Below, piece after piece: positions 1 to 10,493 of a stretch of 64,000 bases of DNA. The stretch's first letter is position 1; every line of letters starts with the position of its first letter. Position numbers and translations under genes: made by a program. Below the pieces are notes generated by a model, which was not told the DNA's origin, searched no databases, and was given only the letters and a program-made list of their open reading frames with translations. This DNA is from Burkholderiales bacterium (GTDB lineage Bacteria; Pseudomonadota; Gammaproteobacteria; Burkholderiales; Casimicrobiaceae), in NCBI GenBank assembly GCA_039807685.1, contig JBDHRR010000001.1:60505-124504 (forward strand), written 5' to 3'.

Positions 1-711
1 ATACCCCGGATCCTCGACACCGACGGTGGTGCGCGCCGTCATCAGGAGGTCGGCCAGGAGGTAGAGCGCCTGCTGGGCGCCGACGGTGACGACGATCTCG
101 TCGGGCAGCGCCCACACGCCGCGCCGTGGCAGGACGCGCGCCTGGATCTGCTGGATGAGCGAGGCGTCGTCGCTGAAGATGAGATCGGGCGCCCACTCGC
201 GGATGTCGAGCACGCTCAGCGCCTTGAGCGAGCATTCGCGCCATTCGGCGGTGGGGAAGAGCGAGGCGTCGAACTGCGCGTAGAGGAATGGGTAGGGGTA
301 CTTCTGCCAGTCGGCGCGCTTGACGATGTTGCGCTGCATCGACGGCTGGAAGCGAAAGCGCCGCCGCCAGTCCGGCGCCGGGCCGAGCAATGGCGCCTCG
401 TCGCTCGCGACATGCCCGACCCGGCCCGCGAGCGCCTCCGGATGGACGTAGAACCCGCTACGCTCGCGGGAGACGAGAAATCCCTCGTCGACGAGCTGCT
501 GGTAGGCAATGACCACGGTATTGCGCGCCACCTGCAGGTGCAAGGCGAGCTCGCGGCTCGACGGAATCGGTGCGCCGACGGGCAACTGGCCGTCGAGCAC
601 GGCGGCGACCAGCATCTGCCGGATCCGGGCCTGGAGGCTGATGCCGCCATGTGCGGAGCGGCGAAAGAGCGGCTCCCAGATGGTCGCCGAGGGCCTTGCC
701 GGCGTAGTCAT
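1..711 (-). CDS. tauR: GntR/MocR-family PLP-dependent transcriptional regulator (TauR-like); N-terminal part only, runs off the window's left edge
   Basis: Not in the ORF track. Manual translation from ATG at 711: MTTPARPSATIWEPLFRRS...SLQARIRQMLVAAVLDGQLPVGAPIPSSRELALHLQVARNTVVIAYQQLVDEGFLVSRERSGFYV (GntR wHTH), then an aminotransferase-like region (IVVTVGAQQALYLLA...VGVEDPGY). Divergent from tauABC. Confidence 0.85.
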   Translation of the reverse strand, partial: MTTPARPSATIWEPLFRRSAHGGISLQARIRQMLVAAVLDGQLPVGAPIPSSRELALHLQVARNTVVIAYQQLVDEGFLVSRERSGFYVHPEALAGRVGHVASDEAPLLGPAPDWRRRFRFQPSMQRNIVKRADWQKYPYPFLYAQFDASLFPTAEWRECSLKALSVLDIREWAPDLIFSDDASLIQQIQARVLPRRGVWALPDEIVVTVGAQQALYLLADLLMTARTTVGVEDPGY

Positions 712-731
712 TCGGACCCGGTGTCGTCAAA

Positions 732-828
732 GTGGCCATTATCACCTCGAATTGCGTACGCTTCCCGCCGTGCCGCGCGGCGGCGACCGCGACCCTTGGC
801 GCAAGCGATTGCGGCCAACTGGCACTAG
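732..828. promoter_or_regulatory. Candidate TauR-binding direct repeats in the tauR-tauA intergenic region
   Basis: GTGGCCATTA (732-741) and CTGGCACTAG (819-828) resemble the CTGGAC[T/C]TAA direct repeat described for Rhodobacter TauR; matches are imperfect. Confidence 0.35.
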
Positions 829-965
829 TCGCGTGCACGCACCCCCCGTCACACTCGTTACGGCGTATCGTGAGCAAGGTGCGGCGCCGATCCGGAACCG
901 ATTGCGTACCGGCGACGGTCGAGGTCCGGCCTTTCACCACATATTTTTCGGAGGAGGAACGAAAC

Positions 966-1979
966 ATGAAACGGATATGGAGGACGCTCGCCGTCGCGCT
1001 GGGTTTGCCGCTGCTGTTCGGCGGATTGGCGCAGGCGCAGGACAAGACGGTCACCATCGGTTACCAGACGATCGTCGGCCCGTTCCCGACGGCGATCGCC
1101 AACGGCGTGTTCGAGAAGGCCACGGGCTACAAGATCAACTGGCGGCAGTTCACCTCGGCGGGTGACATCAGCGCGGCACTTGCCTCCGGCGACGTGCCGA
1201 TCGGCGTCATCGGCTCCACCGGCATCGCGGCGGCGACCAGCAACGGCGTCGACCTCGAACTCTTCTGGATCCTCGACAACATCGGGCAATCCGAGCAACT
1301 CGTCGCTCGCAACGGGTCGGGCATCAACACGCCGCAGGATCTCGTCGGCAAGAAGGTCGCGGTGCCGTTCGTGTCGACCTCGCACTTCCACCTCCTGCTG
1401 GCGCTGGAGAAGATCTGGAAGATTCCGCCGTCCAAGGTGCAGATCCTCAACATGAAGCCGCCCGAGATCGTCGCCGCCTGGTCGCGCGGCGACATCGACG
1501 CCGCGTACGTGTGGCCGCCGGCGCTGACGACGCTCCTGAAGAACGGGAAGACGCTCATCACCTCCGAGGAAGTCGGCGCCAAGACCGTGCCGACCTTCGA
1601 CGGCCTGGTGGTGAACAAGGCGTGGGCCGGGAAGAATGCGGCGTTCATGGCGGCGTTCACCAAGGCGCTGGCCACCTCGTACGCCGACTACAACGCGAAC
1701 AAGGCGAAGTGGACCGCGGCCTCGCCCGAGGTCAAGGCGATGACCAAGCTCGTTGGCGGTGACGCTGCCGAGAACGCCGACTCGCTCAAGCTCCTCACCT
1801 TCCCCGATGCCAAGCAGCAGGCGTCGACCGAGTGGCTGGGCGGCGGCAAGTCCGGCAAGGCGCTGGGTGCGATCACGCAAAGCGCCGAGTTCCTGAAGAC
1901 GCAGCGGCAGATCAACACGCTGCTGCCCGACTACAGCGCCTACGTGACGGCGAAGTACGCCGACGCCGCGGCCAAGTAA
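966..1979 (+). CDS. tauA: Taurine ABC transporter substrate-binding protein
   Basis: Strong RBS (GGAGGAGG) before ATG 966; signal peptide MKRIWRTLAVALGLPLLFGGLAQA; VTIGYQT...INWRQFTSAGDISAALASGDV, typical of TauA. Confidence 0.9.
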   Translation: MKRIWRTLAVALGLPLLFGGLAQAQDKTVTIGYQTIVGPFPTAIANGVFEKATGYKINWRQFTSAGDISAALASGDVPIGVIGSTGIAAATSNGVDLELFWILDNIGQSEQLVARNGSGINTPQDLVGKKVAVPFVSTSHFHLLLALEKIWKIPPSKVQILNMKPPEIVAAWSRGDIDAAYVWPPALTTLLKNGKTLITSEEVGAKTVPTFDGLVVNKAWAGKNAAFMAAFTKALATSYADYNANKAKWTAASPEVKAMTKLVGGDAAENADSLKLLTFPDAKQQASTEWLGGGKSGKALGAITQSAEFLKTQRQINTLLPDYSAYVTAKYADAAAK

Positions 1980-2066
1980 TCGGCTGTCCGTCACGGCGTG
2001 CCGGGGCCGCTCGTCCGGCACGCCGCGAGGCAGCCTGCGCCCGACAGCGACGCAGCGAGGATTGCG

Positions 2067-2894
2067 ATGGGAGCCCCGAGCGAAGCGCTCAGCATCGACG
2101 GCGTCAGTGTGCTCTTCCCCGGGCGGCGGGCTGGAGAGCAGGTCCAGGCGCTCGACAACATCAACCTGACGATCAATCCGGGCGACTTCGTCGTGGCACT
2201 CGGTGCCTCGGGTTGCGGCAAGACCACGTTGCTCAATCTGATGGCGGGATTCCTGTCGCCGTCGCGAGGCGTGCTGCGCCTGGGGCAGCGCACGATCACG
2301 GGGCCCGGCCCGGATCGCGGCGTGGTGTTCCAGAAGCACGCGCTCTTGCCGTGGCTCAACGTGATCCGCAATACCGAATTCGGCCTGAGTCTGCAAGGCG
2401 TCGATTCCCGCAAGCGTCAGGAGATTGCCGCGCACAATCTGGCGCTCGTCGGGTTGCAGGATTTTCACCAGCACATGATCTACGAGCTCTCGGGCGGAAT
2501 GCAGCAGCGCGTGGGCATCGCCCGGGCGCTCACCTGCAATCCGGCGACGCTGCTCATGGACGAGCCGATGGCCGCCCTCGATGCACTGACGCGCGAGACG
2601 ATCCAGGAGCTCCTGCTCGACGTCTGGCAGAAGACCGGCAAGATGGTCTTCTTCATCACGCACAGCGTCGAGGAGGCGCTGTTTCTCGCGACCCGGGTCA
2701 TCGTGATGTCGCCGCGGCCGGGGCGCATCACCAATGCCTACGAGGTCGACTTCAATCGCCGCTTCCTCGAATGTCGCGACGCGCGCAAGGTGAAATCGAG
2801 CGCGGATTTCATCCGCATGCGCGAGACGGTGCTCGGCATCATCTACGGCGACGAGCGTGGCGAGGGTCCAGGGGTGGAGACCGCGCATGTCTAG
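2067..2894 (+). CDS. tauB: Taurine ABC transporter ATP-binding protein
   Basis: Walker A GASGCGKT, signature [15 protein letters not shown], Walker B LLMDEP; start could be 1998 or 2067. Confidence 0.88.
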   Translation: MGAPSEALSIDGVSVLFPGRRAGEQVQALDNINLTINPGDFVVALGASGCGKTTLLNLMAGFLSPSRGVLRLGQRTITGPGPDRGVVFQKHALLPWLNVIRNTEFGLSLQGVDSRKRQEIAAHNLALVGLQDFHQHMIYELSGGMQQRVGIARALTCNPATLLMDEPMAALDALTRETIQELLLDVWQKTGKMVFFITHSVEEALFLATRVIVMSPRPGRITNAYEVDFNRRFLECRDARKVKSSADFIRMRETVLGIIYGDERGEGPGVETAHV

Positions 2895-3774
2895 CGCTGC
2901 GCCCGATAGTCCCCGGCCCGCCGCCGCGTCGTCGCCCGCCGCCGGCGGACGGCGGCGGTGGTTCGCGAGCCGGGCGGCGGCGCCCGGCCAGGTCTACGGC
3001 GCACCCGGCCAGGGCAAGAGCACGACGATCAGCGTGGCCACCACGATCGTGCTCTTCGCGCTGTGGTTCCTCATCACCAACATGGGATGGATCAAGCCGC
3101 TCTTCCTGCCCACCCCGCAGGCGGTATGGGACAAGTTCATCCTCGCGGCCACCGAAGGCGTGGCGAACTCGACGCTCCTCGAGCACACGACGACGAGCTT
3201 GATGCGCGTGTTCGGCGCGTTCCTGCTGTCCTGCGTCACGGCGATCCCGATCGGCATCCTGATGGGCACCAACCGCGTGATGCGCGGCGTCTTCGATCCG
3301 CCGATCGAGTTCTATCGTCCGCTGCCGCCGCTCGCCTACCTGCCGCTCATGATCATCTGGTTCGGCATCGGCGAGCTGTCGAAGATCCTGCTCATCTTTC
3401 TCGCGGTCTTCGCACCGATGGCGATCTCCGCCAGGGCAGGGGTGCGCTCGGTAGGCATCGAGCAGATCCACGCCGCGTACACGATGGGGGCGTCGAAGTT
3501 CCAGATCATCTCGCGCGTCATCCTGCCCGCAGCGACCCCCGAGATCCTCACCGGGATGCGCATCGGCATCGGCTTCGGCTGGACCACGCTGGTGGCGGCC
3601 GAAATGATCGCGGCGAACCGCGGCCTGGGCTTCATGGTGCTCAATGCCGCCCAGTACCTGCAAAGCGATACCGTGATCATGGGGATCGTGGTGATCGGGC
3701 TCTTTGCCTTCGGCTTCGACCTCCTCATGCGCCGCGTCGAGCGCGTGCTGGTGCCGTGGAAGGGGAAGGTATGA
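2887..3774 (+). CDS. tauC: Taurine ABC transporter permease
   Basis: [22 protein letters not shown] and EAA-loop-like region; overlaps the tauB stop. Confidence 0.88.
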   Translation: MSSAAPDSPRPAAASSPAAGGRRRWFASRAAAPGQVYGAPGQGKSTTISVATTIVLFALWFLITNMGWIKPLFLPTPQAVWDKFILAATEGVANSTLLEHTTTSLMRVFGAFLLSCVTAIPIGILMGTNRVMRGVFDPPIEFYRPLPPLAYLPLMIIWFGIGELSKILLIFLAVFAPMAISARAGVRSVGIEQIHAAYTMGASKFQIISRVILPAATPEILTGMRIGIGFGWTTLVAAEMIAANRGLGFMVLNAAQYLQSDTVIMGIVVIGLFAFGFDLLMRRVERVLVPWKGKV

Positions 3775-3786
3775 GCGGCCGCGCGC

Positions 3787-4545
3787 TCACCTGAGCGTGG
3801 CGGCGATGCGCGCCGCCGCGGCACGCATCTCGTCGGCGTAGCCCAGCGCGGTGGCAAGCGACATGCGCGCGGTCGGCGCATGGACCGCGATCGCCGCGGC
3901 GATACGTCCGCGCCGGTCGCGCACCGGCACCGCAATGGCCACGAGTCCCGCCATGTACTCCTCGTCGTCGACCCCGAGGTCGCGCTTGCGCAGACGGTCG
4001 AGCTCACGGTCGAGTTCGGCGCGGTCGACGATCGTCGCCGGCGCGTGACGTTCGAGCGGCGCCGCAGCGAGCAGCGCGGCACGGCGCGCCTTCGGCATGG
4101 TGGCGAGGAAGAGCTTGCCACTCGCCGTGCAATGGATCGGAACCCGCGAACCCGGCGCGAGGTGAAGGCGCAGGGGCCACTGGCATTCGACGCGGTCGAG
4201 GTAGACCACGTGTCCCCGGTCGAGCATGGTGAGGTTGCAGGTCTCGCCGATGCGGGTGGCGAGCCCTTCGAGGATGGCGTGGCGCTCGGTCTGCGCCGAG
4301 TCGCCCAGCAGGACCTCGCGGGCGAAGGCCGCGAGTTGCGCCGACGCGCGAAAGCCGCGTGACCCCGGCTCGCGCACGACGAGACCCGCATCCGCGAGCT
4401 GCGCGAGGACGCGGTGCGCCGACGATGCCGCGAGCCCGAGCTTCGCGGCGATGGTCGCCGCCACCGGCGGCCGCGGCGACGATGCGATGAGCGAGAGCAC
4501 CGCGAAGCTGCGCTCGAGCAACCGCGACGGTGGTTGCGCATCCAC
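3787..4545 (-). CDS. IclR-family transcriptional regulator (paralog 1)
   Basis: LLERSFAVLSLIA...HTH...GETCNLTMLDRGHVVYLDRVECQWPLRLHLAPGSRVPIHCTASGKLFLA; GTG start at 4545 is inferred. Confidence 0.85.
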   Translation of the reverse strand: MDAQPPSRLLERSFAVLSLIASSPRPPVAATIAAKLGLAASSAHRVLAQLADAGLVVREPGSRGFRASAQLAAFAREVLLGDSAQTERHAILEGLATRIGETCNLTMLDRGHVVYLDRVECQWPLRLHLAPGSRVPIHCTASGKLFLATMPKARRAALLAAAPLERHAPATIVDRAELDRELDRLRKRDLGVDDEEYMAGLVAIAVPVRDRRGRIAAAIAVHAPTARMSLATALGYADEMRAAAARIAATLR

Positions 4546-4568
4546 TGCCGCCGACGCGGGGGGCCGCG

Positions 4569-5885
4569 TCAGTCGCGGAGCACGGCCGGCAGCCACAGCG
4601 CGAGCTGCGGGAAGAAGAGGACGAGGAGGAGTCCGATCACCTGCAGCACCATGAACTGCATCATGCCCTTGTAGATGTCGCCCAGCCTCCACTCGGGAAC
4701 CACGCCCTTGAGGAAGTATGCCGACAGCGCGACCGGTGGCGACAGCCAAGCCGTTTGCAGGCAGACGGCGACCAGCGTGCAGAACCACACGATGTCGATT
4801 CCCATCTTCTGCACGAGCGGCAGCAGGATCGGCACCACGATGAGCACGATCGGTACCCACTCGAGCGGCCAGCCGAGCACGAAGATGATGCCGAGGATGA
4901 GGAGCAGCATCAGCGTCGGCGGCAGGTCGAGCCCCAGCAGCGATTCGGCGATGAGCGAGGCGCTGCCCAGGCGCGAGAAGACTGCGCCGAAATAGTTCGA
5001 CGCCGCGACGAGCAGCAGGATCATGCAGCTCGTGAGCAGCGTCGAATAGACGGCGGTCCGGAAGCCCTTCCAGCTCATCCGCCGATAGACGAGCGTCAGG
5101 AGCAGCACGGCAAAGGCGCCCACGGCACCGGCGTCGGTCGGCGTGGCGATCCCGGCGAGGATCACGCCGAGCGTCGCGAAGATGATGATGACGACCGGTG
5201 CGATGCCGAAGACGAGCTCACGCACGATCTCGCCGACTGACTCCGCACGCTCGTGCATCGGGACCGGGGGCCCGAGCTTCGGGTTGATGTAGCTGCGCGC
5301 GATGGCGTAGACGATGTAGAGCGTGGCGAGCAGCAATCCCGGGATCACCGCCGCGGCAAAGAGGTCGGTCGCGGGAACGCCGACCACCGGACCCATCACG
5401 ATCAGCATCACCGAGGGCGGGATGAGGATGCCGAGCGTCCCGCCGGCGGTGATCGCCCCGGCCGACAGCTGCACGTCGTAGCCGCTGCGCTTCATGGCGG
5501 GTGCGGCCATCACGCCGAGCAGCGTGACCGACGAGCCGACGATGCCCGTGGCCGCGGCGAAGATCGTCGCGGTCAGCAGCACCGCGAGATAGAGCGAGCC
5601 GCGGATCGGCGCGAGTGCGAGCTGCACGCCGCGAAACAATCGCTCCATCAATCCCGACTGCTCGAGCAAGTACCCCATGAAGAGGAAGAACGGCACCGCC
5701 GCGAGCGTCGGGTCGCGCATCACCGAGAAGACCTGCAACGTCATGAGGTGCATGGCGAGGGGGCCGAGTGCCACCCAGCCGCCGATCGCGGCTACCGCGA
5801 TCAGCGTGAAGGCGATCGGGAAGCCGATGAAGATCGCCGCGAACAGCACGGCGAGCAGTACGAGGCCGAACCATTCGGGACTCAC
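4569..5885 (-). CDS. TRAP transporter large permease (DctM)
   Basis: Polytopic; AGGTLGILIPPSVMLIV and LSPPVALSAYFLK DctM motifs. Confidence 0.92.
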   Translation of the reverse strand: MSPEWFGLVLLAVLFAAIFIGFPIAFTLIAVAAIGGWVALGPLAMHLMTLQVFSVMRDPTLAAVPFFLFMGYLLEQSGLMERLFRGVQLALAPIRGSLYLAVLLTATIFAAATGIVGSSVTLLGVMAAPAMKRSGYDVQLSAGAITAGGTLGILIPPSVMLIVMGPVVGVPATDLFAAAVIPGLLLATLYIVYAIARSYINPKLGPPVPMHERAESVGEIVRELVFGIAPVVIIIFATLGVILAGIATPTDAGAVGAFAVLLLTLVYRRMSWKGFRTAVYSTLLTSCMILLLVAASNYFGAVFSRLGSASLIAESLLGLDLPPTLMLLLILGIIFVLGWPLEWVPIVLIVVPILLPLVQKMGIDIVWFCTLVAVCLQTAWLSPPVALSAYFLKGVVPEWRLGDIYKGMMQFMVLQVIGLLLVLFFPQLALWLPAVLRD

Positions 5886-6457
5886 AGGACCACCTCGCCT
5901 TCGCCGGCGTCCGCACGGCTGTCGTCGGCGTCACCGCGATCGGGTCCGAAGGCATGCCCCCAGCAGCGGATGCACTCGGCCACGCCCTGCAGCAGCAGGA
6001 GCGCCGCCGATAGCGGCATCGTGAACTTGAACGGCCAGACGATCGGCATCCACGGGCTCGTCACGATGCGCTCGTTCTGCTGGAACGACTTCCAGAAGTA
6101 GTCCCAGGTGAGGTCGGCGAAGACGAACATCGCCGGGAAGAAGAGGATCGCGTAGCAGACGAGGTCGACGCGCGCCTGCGTACGCTTCGACCATCGCCCG
6201 TAGTAGACGTCGGTGCGGATGTGGCCGCCGCGCTGCAGCGTCCACGCCGAGCCGACCATGAAGAACGTGCCGTAGAGCATGAACGTCATGTCGTACGCCC
6301 AGACCGTCGGTGCGTCGAAGAAGTAGCGCGCGACGACCTCCCAGACGAGCGAGAGCACCATCGGGATGATCAGCCACGCGATCGCCTTGCCGGTGAAGCG
6401 CGTGATGGCGTCGATCGCGCCGGCGAGGCGCACGGCTCCGCTCGTATCGGATGTCAT
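5882..6457 (-). CDS. TRAP transporter small permease (DctQ)
   Basis: Four TM segments; GHIRTDVYY motif; 4-nt overlap with dctM. Confidence 0.9.
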   Translation of the reverse strand: MTSDTSGAVRLAGAIDAITRFTGKAIAWLIIPMVLSLVWEVVARYFFDAPTVWAYDMTFMLYGTFFMVGSAWTLQRGGHIRTDVYYGRWSKRTQARVDLVCYAILFFPAMFVFADLTWDYFWKSFQQNERIVTSPWMPIVWPFKFTMPLSAALLLLQGVAECIRCWGHAFGPDRGDADDSRADAGEGEVVL

Positions 6458-6522
6458 GTCGGGTCCAGAGAGGTGAGGCGCGGGCGCGCGGATGACGCGG
6501 CCGCGCCGCAAACGGATGCCAC

Positions 6523-6552
6523 CCGGCCGATCCCGATGCCGGGATCGGCCGG
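6523..6552. terminator. Intercistronic 13-bp stem-loop just downstream of dctP (mRNA stabiliser or attenuator; no U-tract)
   Basis: CCGGCCGATCCCG-ATGC-CGGGATCGGCCGG perfect inverted repeat between the SBP and permease genes. Confidence 0.55.
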
Positions 6553-6560
6553 ACTGGCCG

Positions 6561-7700
6561 TCACTTCGCTGCGGGTTGCGGTGCCTGCTGTGCGGCGAGC
6601 GCCGCGTTGCCCAAGGCCGCGTACAGGTCGAGGATCTTCGTCCAGTAGGGGACGACGACCTTCGCGAAATTGCGCTGCGAGTCGAGGACCTGCCGGAAGA
6701 AGGCATCCTTCGCCGCGTAGCGATCGAGCACCACCGTCGTCGCTCGCACGAACTCGGGATAGAAGTCCTTCGGCGTGTCGTGGATCTGCACCTTGAACTC
6801 GTTGCGCAGCTTCACGATCGCCTGCGCATTGCGGTAGACGTTGAAGGTGTACGTCTCCATCATCGACGCCATGACCGCGGTGCGGAAGATCTCCTGCAGG
6901 TCCGGCGAGAGCTTGTTCCACGCCGCCTTGTTGAGGATCAGCTCACCGATGTCGGTCGACTGGTGCAAGCCCTGCAGGTAGTAGTGCTTCCACACGGTTT
7001 GCAGGCCGAGGTTGAGGTCGTCGGCCGGCCCGATCCACTCGGCGGCGTCGATGACTCCGCGCTGCGCGGCCGGTACGATTTCACCACCCGGAAGCGCGAC
7101 GGCGGCGATGCCCATTTCCTTGAAGATCTCGCCGGTGATGCCGGGTGGCGAGCGGTACTTCATCTTCTTGAAATCGGCGGTGGAATTGATCGGCGACTTG
7201 AACCAGCCGAGCGGATCCGGACCCATCGGCTGGATGAAGAACGGCTCGACGTTGACCTTCAGCACGTCGCTGTAGAGCTTGCGATAGAGGTCGTAGCCGC
7301 CGCCTTCGAAGATCCACGCCACGTGCGAGAGCTGGTCGAGGCCCACACCGGCCCCGGCCATCGGATTGCTGAACAGGCCCGCCGCCGCGTTCTTGCCGGA
7401 CCAATAGTGCGTCCACGCATAGCCGCCTTCGACGATGCCCTTGTCGACCGCATCGAGGATCTCGAATGCCGGCACGATGGCGCCGTCGGGCAGCATCTCC
7501 ATCTTGATGCGGCCTCCCGACATCTTGTCGACGCGGTCGCCGAACCGTTTCAGGAGTTCGAAGTAAATGCTGGCCGACGGCACCGCCGTCTGGATCCGCA
7601 GCTTCGCCGGTTGCTGCGCGGTCTGCGCAAACGCCGTGGTGCAGGCGAGCGCGACGGCGCCGATGGCGAGCGCCGCGCGGGCGTACGCTGAACGCTTCAT
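6561..7700 (-). CDS. TRAP transporter substrate-binding protein (DctP/TakP-like); candidate isethionate binder
   Basis: RBS AGGAGGAG; signal peptide; DAAEWIGPADDLNLG and KMKYRSPPG motifs; divergent from the GMC oxidoreductase gene. Confidence 0.88.
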   Translation of the reverse strand: MKRSAYARAALAIGAVALACTTAFAQTAQQPAKLRIQTAVPSASIYFELLKRFGDRVDKMSGGRIKMEMLPDGAIVPAFEILDAVDKGIVEGGYAWTHYWSGKNAAAGLFSNPMAGAGVGLDQLSHVAWIFEGGGYDLYRKLYSDVLKVNVEPFFIQPMGPDPLGWFKSPINSTADFKKMKYRSPPGITGEIFKEMGIAAVALPGGEIVPAAQRGVIDAAEWIGPADDLNLGLQTVWKHYYLQGLHQSTDIGELILNKAAWNKLSPDLQEIFRTAVMASMMETYTFNVYRNAQAIVKLRNEFKVQIHDTPKDFYPEFVRATTVVLDRYAAKDAFFRQVLDSQRNFAKVVVPYWTKILDLYAALGNAALAAQQAPQPAAK

Positions 7701-7887
7701 GGGTTCTCCTCCTTGTGGGCCGCAAGCGCGGCGTCGTTGACGCGCTGCCGTCTTCCGCGGAGCACGCGCCGCAGCCAATGTAGACATTTCCATCGCGAAT
7801 GGCAATACTTTCCCGTCGAATCCGGAAATTGCCGTTTCACAATCCGATAATCCGGCATCGACACCAGGGTGAATACGGGAGGAATCG

Positions 7888-9483
7888 ATGGACGCTTACG
7901 ACTACGTCATCGTCGGCGCGGGTACCGCTGGGTGCGTTCTCGCCAATCGCCTGTCGGCGGACGGTCGGCATTCGGTGCTGCTCCTCGAAGCGGGCCCCAC
8001 CGATCGGTACCTGTGGATCCACATCCCGATCGGCTACGGGAAGACGATGTTCCATCCCGCGTACAACTGGGGATTCCATACCGATCCCGACCCGGGCATG
8101 GACGGTCGGCGCATCTACTGGCCGCGGGGGCGTGGTCTGGGCGGCAGCAGCTCGATCAACGGACTCATCTACGTGCGCGGCCAGCCCGAGGACTACGATC
8201 GCTGGGCCGCCGCCGGCAATCGCGGGTGGGGCTGGCGCGACGTGCTCCCGTTCTTCATTCGCAGCGAGGGCAACGAGCGTGGCGCGTCGCAGATGCACGG
8301 CGCCGACGGGCCGCTCAAGTGCTCCGACATCGGCGAGAAGCACGAATTGATGGAGGCGCTCATTGCCGGCGCCGGCGAGCTCGGCGTGCCGCGCAACGAC
8401 GATTTCAACGGCGGCGTGCAGGAAGGCGTGGGCTACTACCAGCTCTTCACGCACCGCGGCTGGCGCTGCAGCACGGCGGTTGCGTACCTCAAGCCGGCGC
8501 GCGGGCGAACGAACCTCGCGGTCGAGACCAACGCCCAGGCCACGCGCGTGCTGCTCGAGGAGGGGCGTGCGGTCGGCGTCGAGTATCGCCGCGCGGGCGA
8601 GACGCGCACCGCCCGCGCCCGGCGCGAGGTGATCCTCGCCGCCGGTGCGCTGCAGAGCCCGCAGCTCCTGCTGCTCTCGGGGATCGGACCGGGCGCGCAG
8701 CTCGCCGAACACGGAATCGGCGTCGTCCGCGACCTGCCCGGCGTGGGCGAGAACCTGCAGGACCATCTGCAATTGCGGCTCCTCTTCCGCTGCTCGAAGC
8801 CGATCACGACCAACGACGATCTCGCCTCGTGGTGGCGGTCGCTGAAGATCGGGCTGCGCTGGCTCGTGGCGCGCAAGGGACCGCTCGCGATCGGGATCAA
8901 CCAGGGGGGGCTCTTCACGCGCGTGCTGCGCGACTCCGCAACGCCCGACATCCAGTTCCATTTCGCGACGCTGTCCGCCGACATGGCGGGCGCCAAGCCG
9001 CACCCGTTTCCCGGCTTCACGATGAGCGTGTGCCAGCTGCGGCCGACCTCGCGCGGGAGCGTGCGCCTCGCCTCATCCGATCCGCTGGCGGCGCCGTCGA
9101 TGCAGCCGCATTATCTGTCCACTGCCGACGATCGCGCCTGCGCGGTGGCCGCGCTCAAGTTCGCGCGCCGGCTCGCGGCGACGAAGGCGGTCGCGCCGTA
9201 CATCGTCGAGGAGTTGCGGCCTGGGGCGGCGTTGCAAAGCGACGACGAGCTCCTCGGCTTCGCGCGTGCGTACGGGGCGACGATCTTCCACCCTTCGGGG
9301 ACCTGCAAGATGGGCAGCGACCCGCTGGCGGTCGTCGACGACCGCTTGCGCGTGCACGGCGTGGGCGGCTTGCGGGTGGTCGACTGCTCGATCATGCCGA
9401 CCCTCGTCTCGGGCAACACCAACGCGCCGGTGGTGATGATCGCCGAGAAGGCGTCCGACATGATCCTCGAGGACGAGCGATAG
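7888..9483 (+). CDS. GMC-family FAD oxidoreductase (choline dehydrogenase-like); probable isethionate dehydrogenase IseJ
   Basis: GAGTAG Rossmann motif, RGRGLGGSSSINGLIY, FHPSGTCKMG, SGNTNAPVVMIAEK; context between TRAP, IclR and xsc suggests IseJ. Confidence 0.8.
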   Translation: MDAYDYVIVGAGTAGCVLANRLSADGRHSVLLLEAGPTDRYLWIHIPIGYGKTMFHPAYNWGFHTDPDPGMDGRRIYWPRGRGLGGSSSINGLIYVRGQPEDYDRWAAAGNRGWGWRDVLPFFIRSEGNERGASQMHGADGPLKCSDIGEKHELMEALIAGAGELGVPRNDDFNGGVQEGVGYYQLFTHRGWRCSTAVAYLKPARGRTNLAVETNAQATRVLLEEGRAVGVEYRRAGETRTARARREVILAAGALQSPQLLLLSGIGPGAQLAEHGIGVVRDLPGVGENLQDHLQLRLLFRCSKPITTNDDLASWWRSLKIGLRWLVARKGPLAIGINQGGLFTRVLRDSATPDIQFHFATLSADMAGAKPHPFPGFTMSVCQLRPTSRGSVRLASSDPLAAPSMQPHYLSTADDRACAVAALKFARRLAATKAVAPYIVEELRPGAALQSDDELLGFARAYGATIFHPSGTCKMGSDPLAVVDDRLRVHGVGGLRVVDCSIMPTLVSGNTNAPVVMIAEKASDMILEDER

Positions 9484-9595
9484 CGCGCCGGCTCGGCGCG
9501 TCCGATCGTGCGTGGCGACCCCCAATGGCCTCGCCTTCGACGAAGGAACCGACGTCGAGGCTTCGGGCCGTCCTTCCCGCGGGTCCGTGCGGGCG

Positions 9596-10369
9596 TCAGC
9601 GCTTCGCGTCGCCGAACGTGGCGCCAAGGGCCGTCGCCGCACGCTTGAGCGCCGGCACGTGCGCAACCGCGTCGGCGAGCGTCATCCGGGCCACGGGCGC
9701 GTGCACGGCGACGCAGGCGACGTTGCGCCCGGCGCCGGTCATGACCGGGACCGCGACGCACACCAGCCCGGCGAGGTACTCCTCGTTGTCGGTCGCGTAG
9801 CCATCGCGGCGAATTGCTGCAAGCTCGGCGACGAGCGCCTTGCGGGTGGCGAGCGTGTGTTCCGTGTAACGGGGCAGCGGGAGTTCGGCGACGATGCGCC
9901 GCCGGCGCGCGGCCGGGAGCAGCGCCAGGAGGAGCTTGCCGCTCGCCGTGCAGTGCAGTGGCACGTGCGAGCCCGGCTGCAACGTCATGCGCAGCGGCCA
10001 TTGCGCCTCGACGCGGTCGAGGTAGACCACTTCGCTGCCGTCGAGCATGGTGAGATTCACCGTCTCGCCGAGTTCGGTGGCAAGGCGATTCAGGATGGCA
10101 TTGCGCGGTGCACGCACCGTCGCCGCGAGTTGCACGTCGAGCGCGAAGCGCACGAGGCGCGGGCCGGCACCGATGCGCCGTCCATCGGGTTCACGGGTCA
10201 CGAGGCCCGCCGACTCGAGCATCGCGAGCATCCGGTACACGGTGGGCTTCGGCAGGCCGGCGCCAGCGGCGAGATCCTGGAGGGTGGCGGCGCCATCGGC
10301 GGCGGCGATCCGCTCGAGCAATCCGAAGGCGCGCAGCAGCGGCGGGGTACGGTCGCGCTTGTCGGGCAT
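9596..10369 (-). CDS. IclR-family transcriptional regulator (paralog 2, IseR-like), divergent from xsc
   Basis: PLLRAFGLLERIA...GLPKPTVYRML (HTH); GETVNLTMLDGSEVVYLDRVEAQWPLRMTLQPGSHVPLHCTASGKLLLA. Confidence 0.88.
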   Translation of the reverse strand: MPDKRDRTPPLLRAFGLLERIAAADGAATLQDLAAGAGLPKPTVYRMLAMLESAGLVTREPDGRRIGAGPRLVRFALDVQLAATVRAPRNAILNRLATELGETVNLTMLDGSEVVYLDRVEAQWPLRMTLQPGSHVPLHCTASGKLLLALLPAARRRRIVAELPLPRYTEHTLATRKALVAELAAIRRDGYATDNEEYLAGLVCVAVPVMTGAGRNVACVAVHAPVARMTLADAVAHVPALKRAATALGATFGDAKR

Positions 10370-10493
10370 GGTATCGAGTTTATATCGAAATCTGGAACAA
10401 GACAAACCATATTTTGAGTACATGCACTTGCCGGATGGGGTCGGTTTGTGCAACACTGACCGGCCGTTGCCGGCCACCGGCCACGCGCCACCC

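Noticed and set aside
7888-9483. betA choline dehydrogenase
   Set aside because: No betB/betI/betT nearby and the context is sulfonate catabolism; family assignment kept, gene symbol withheld.
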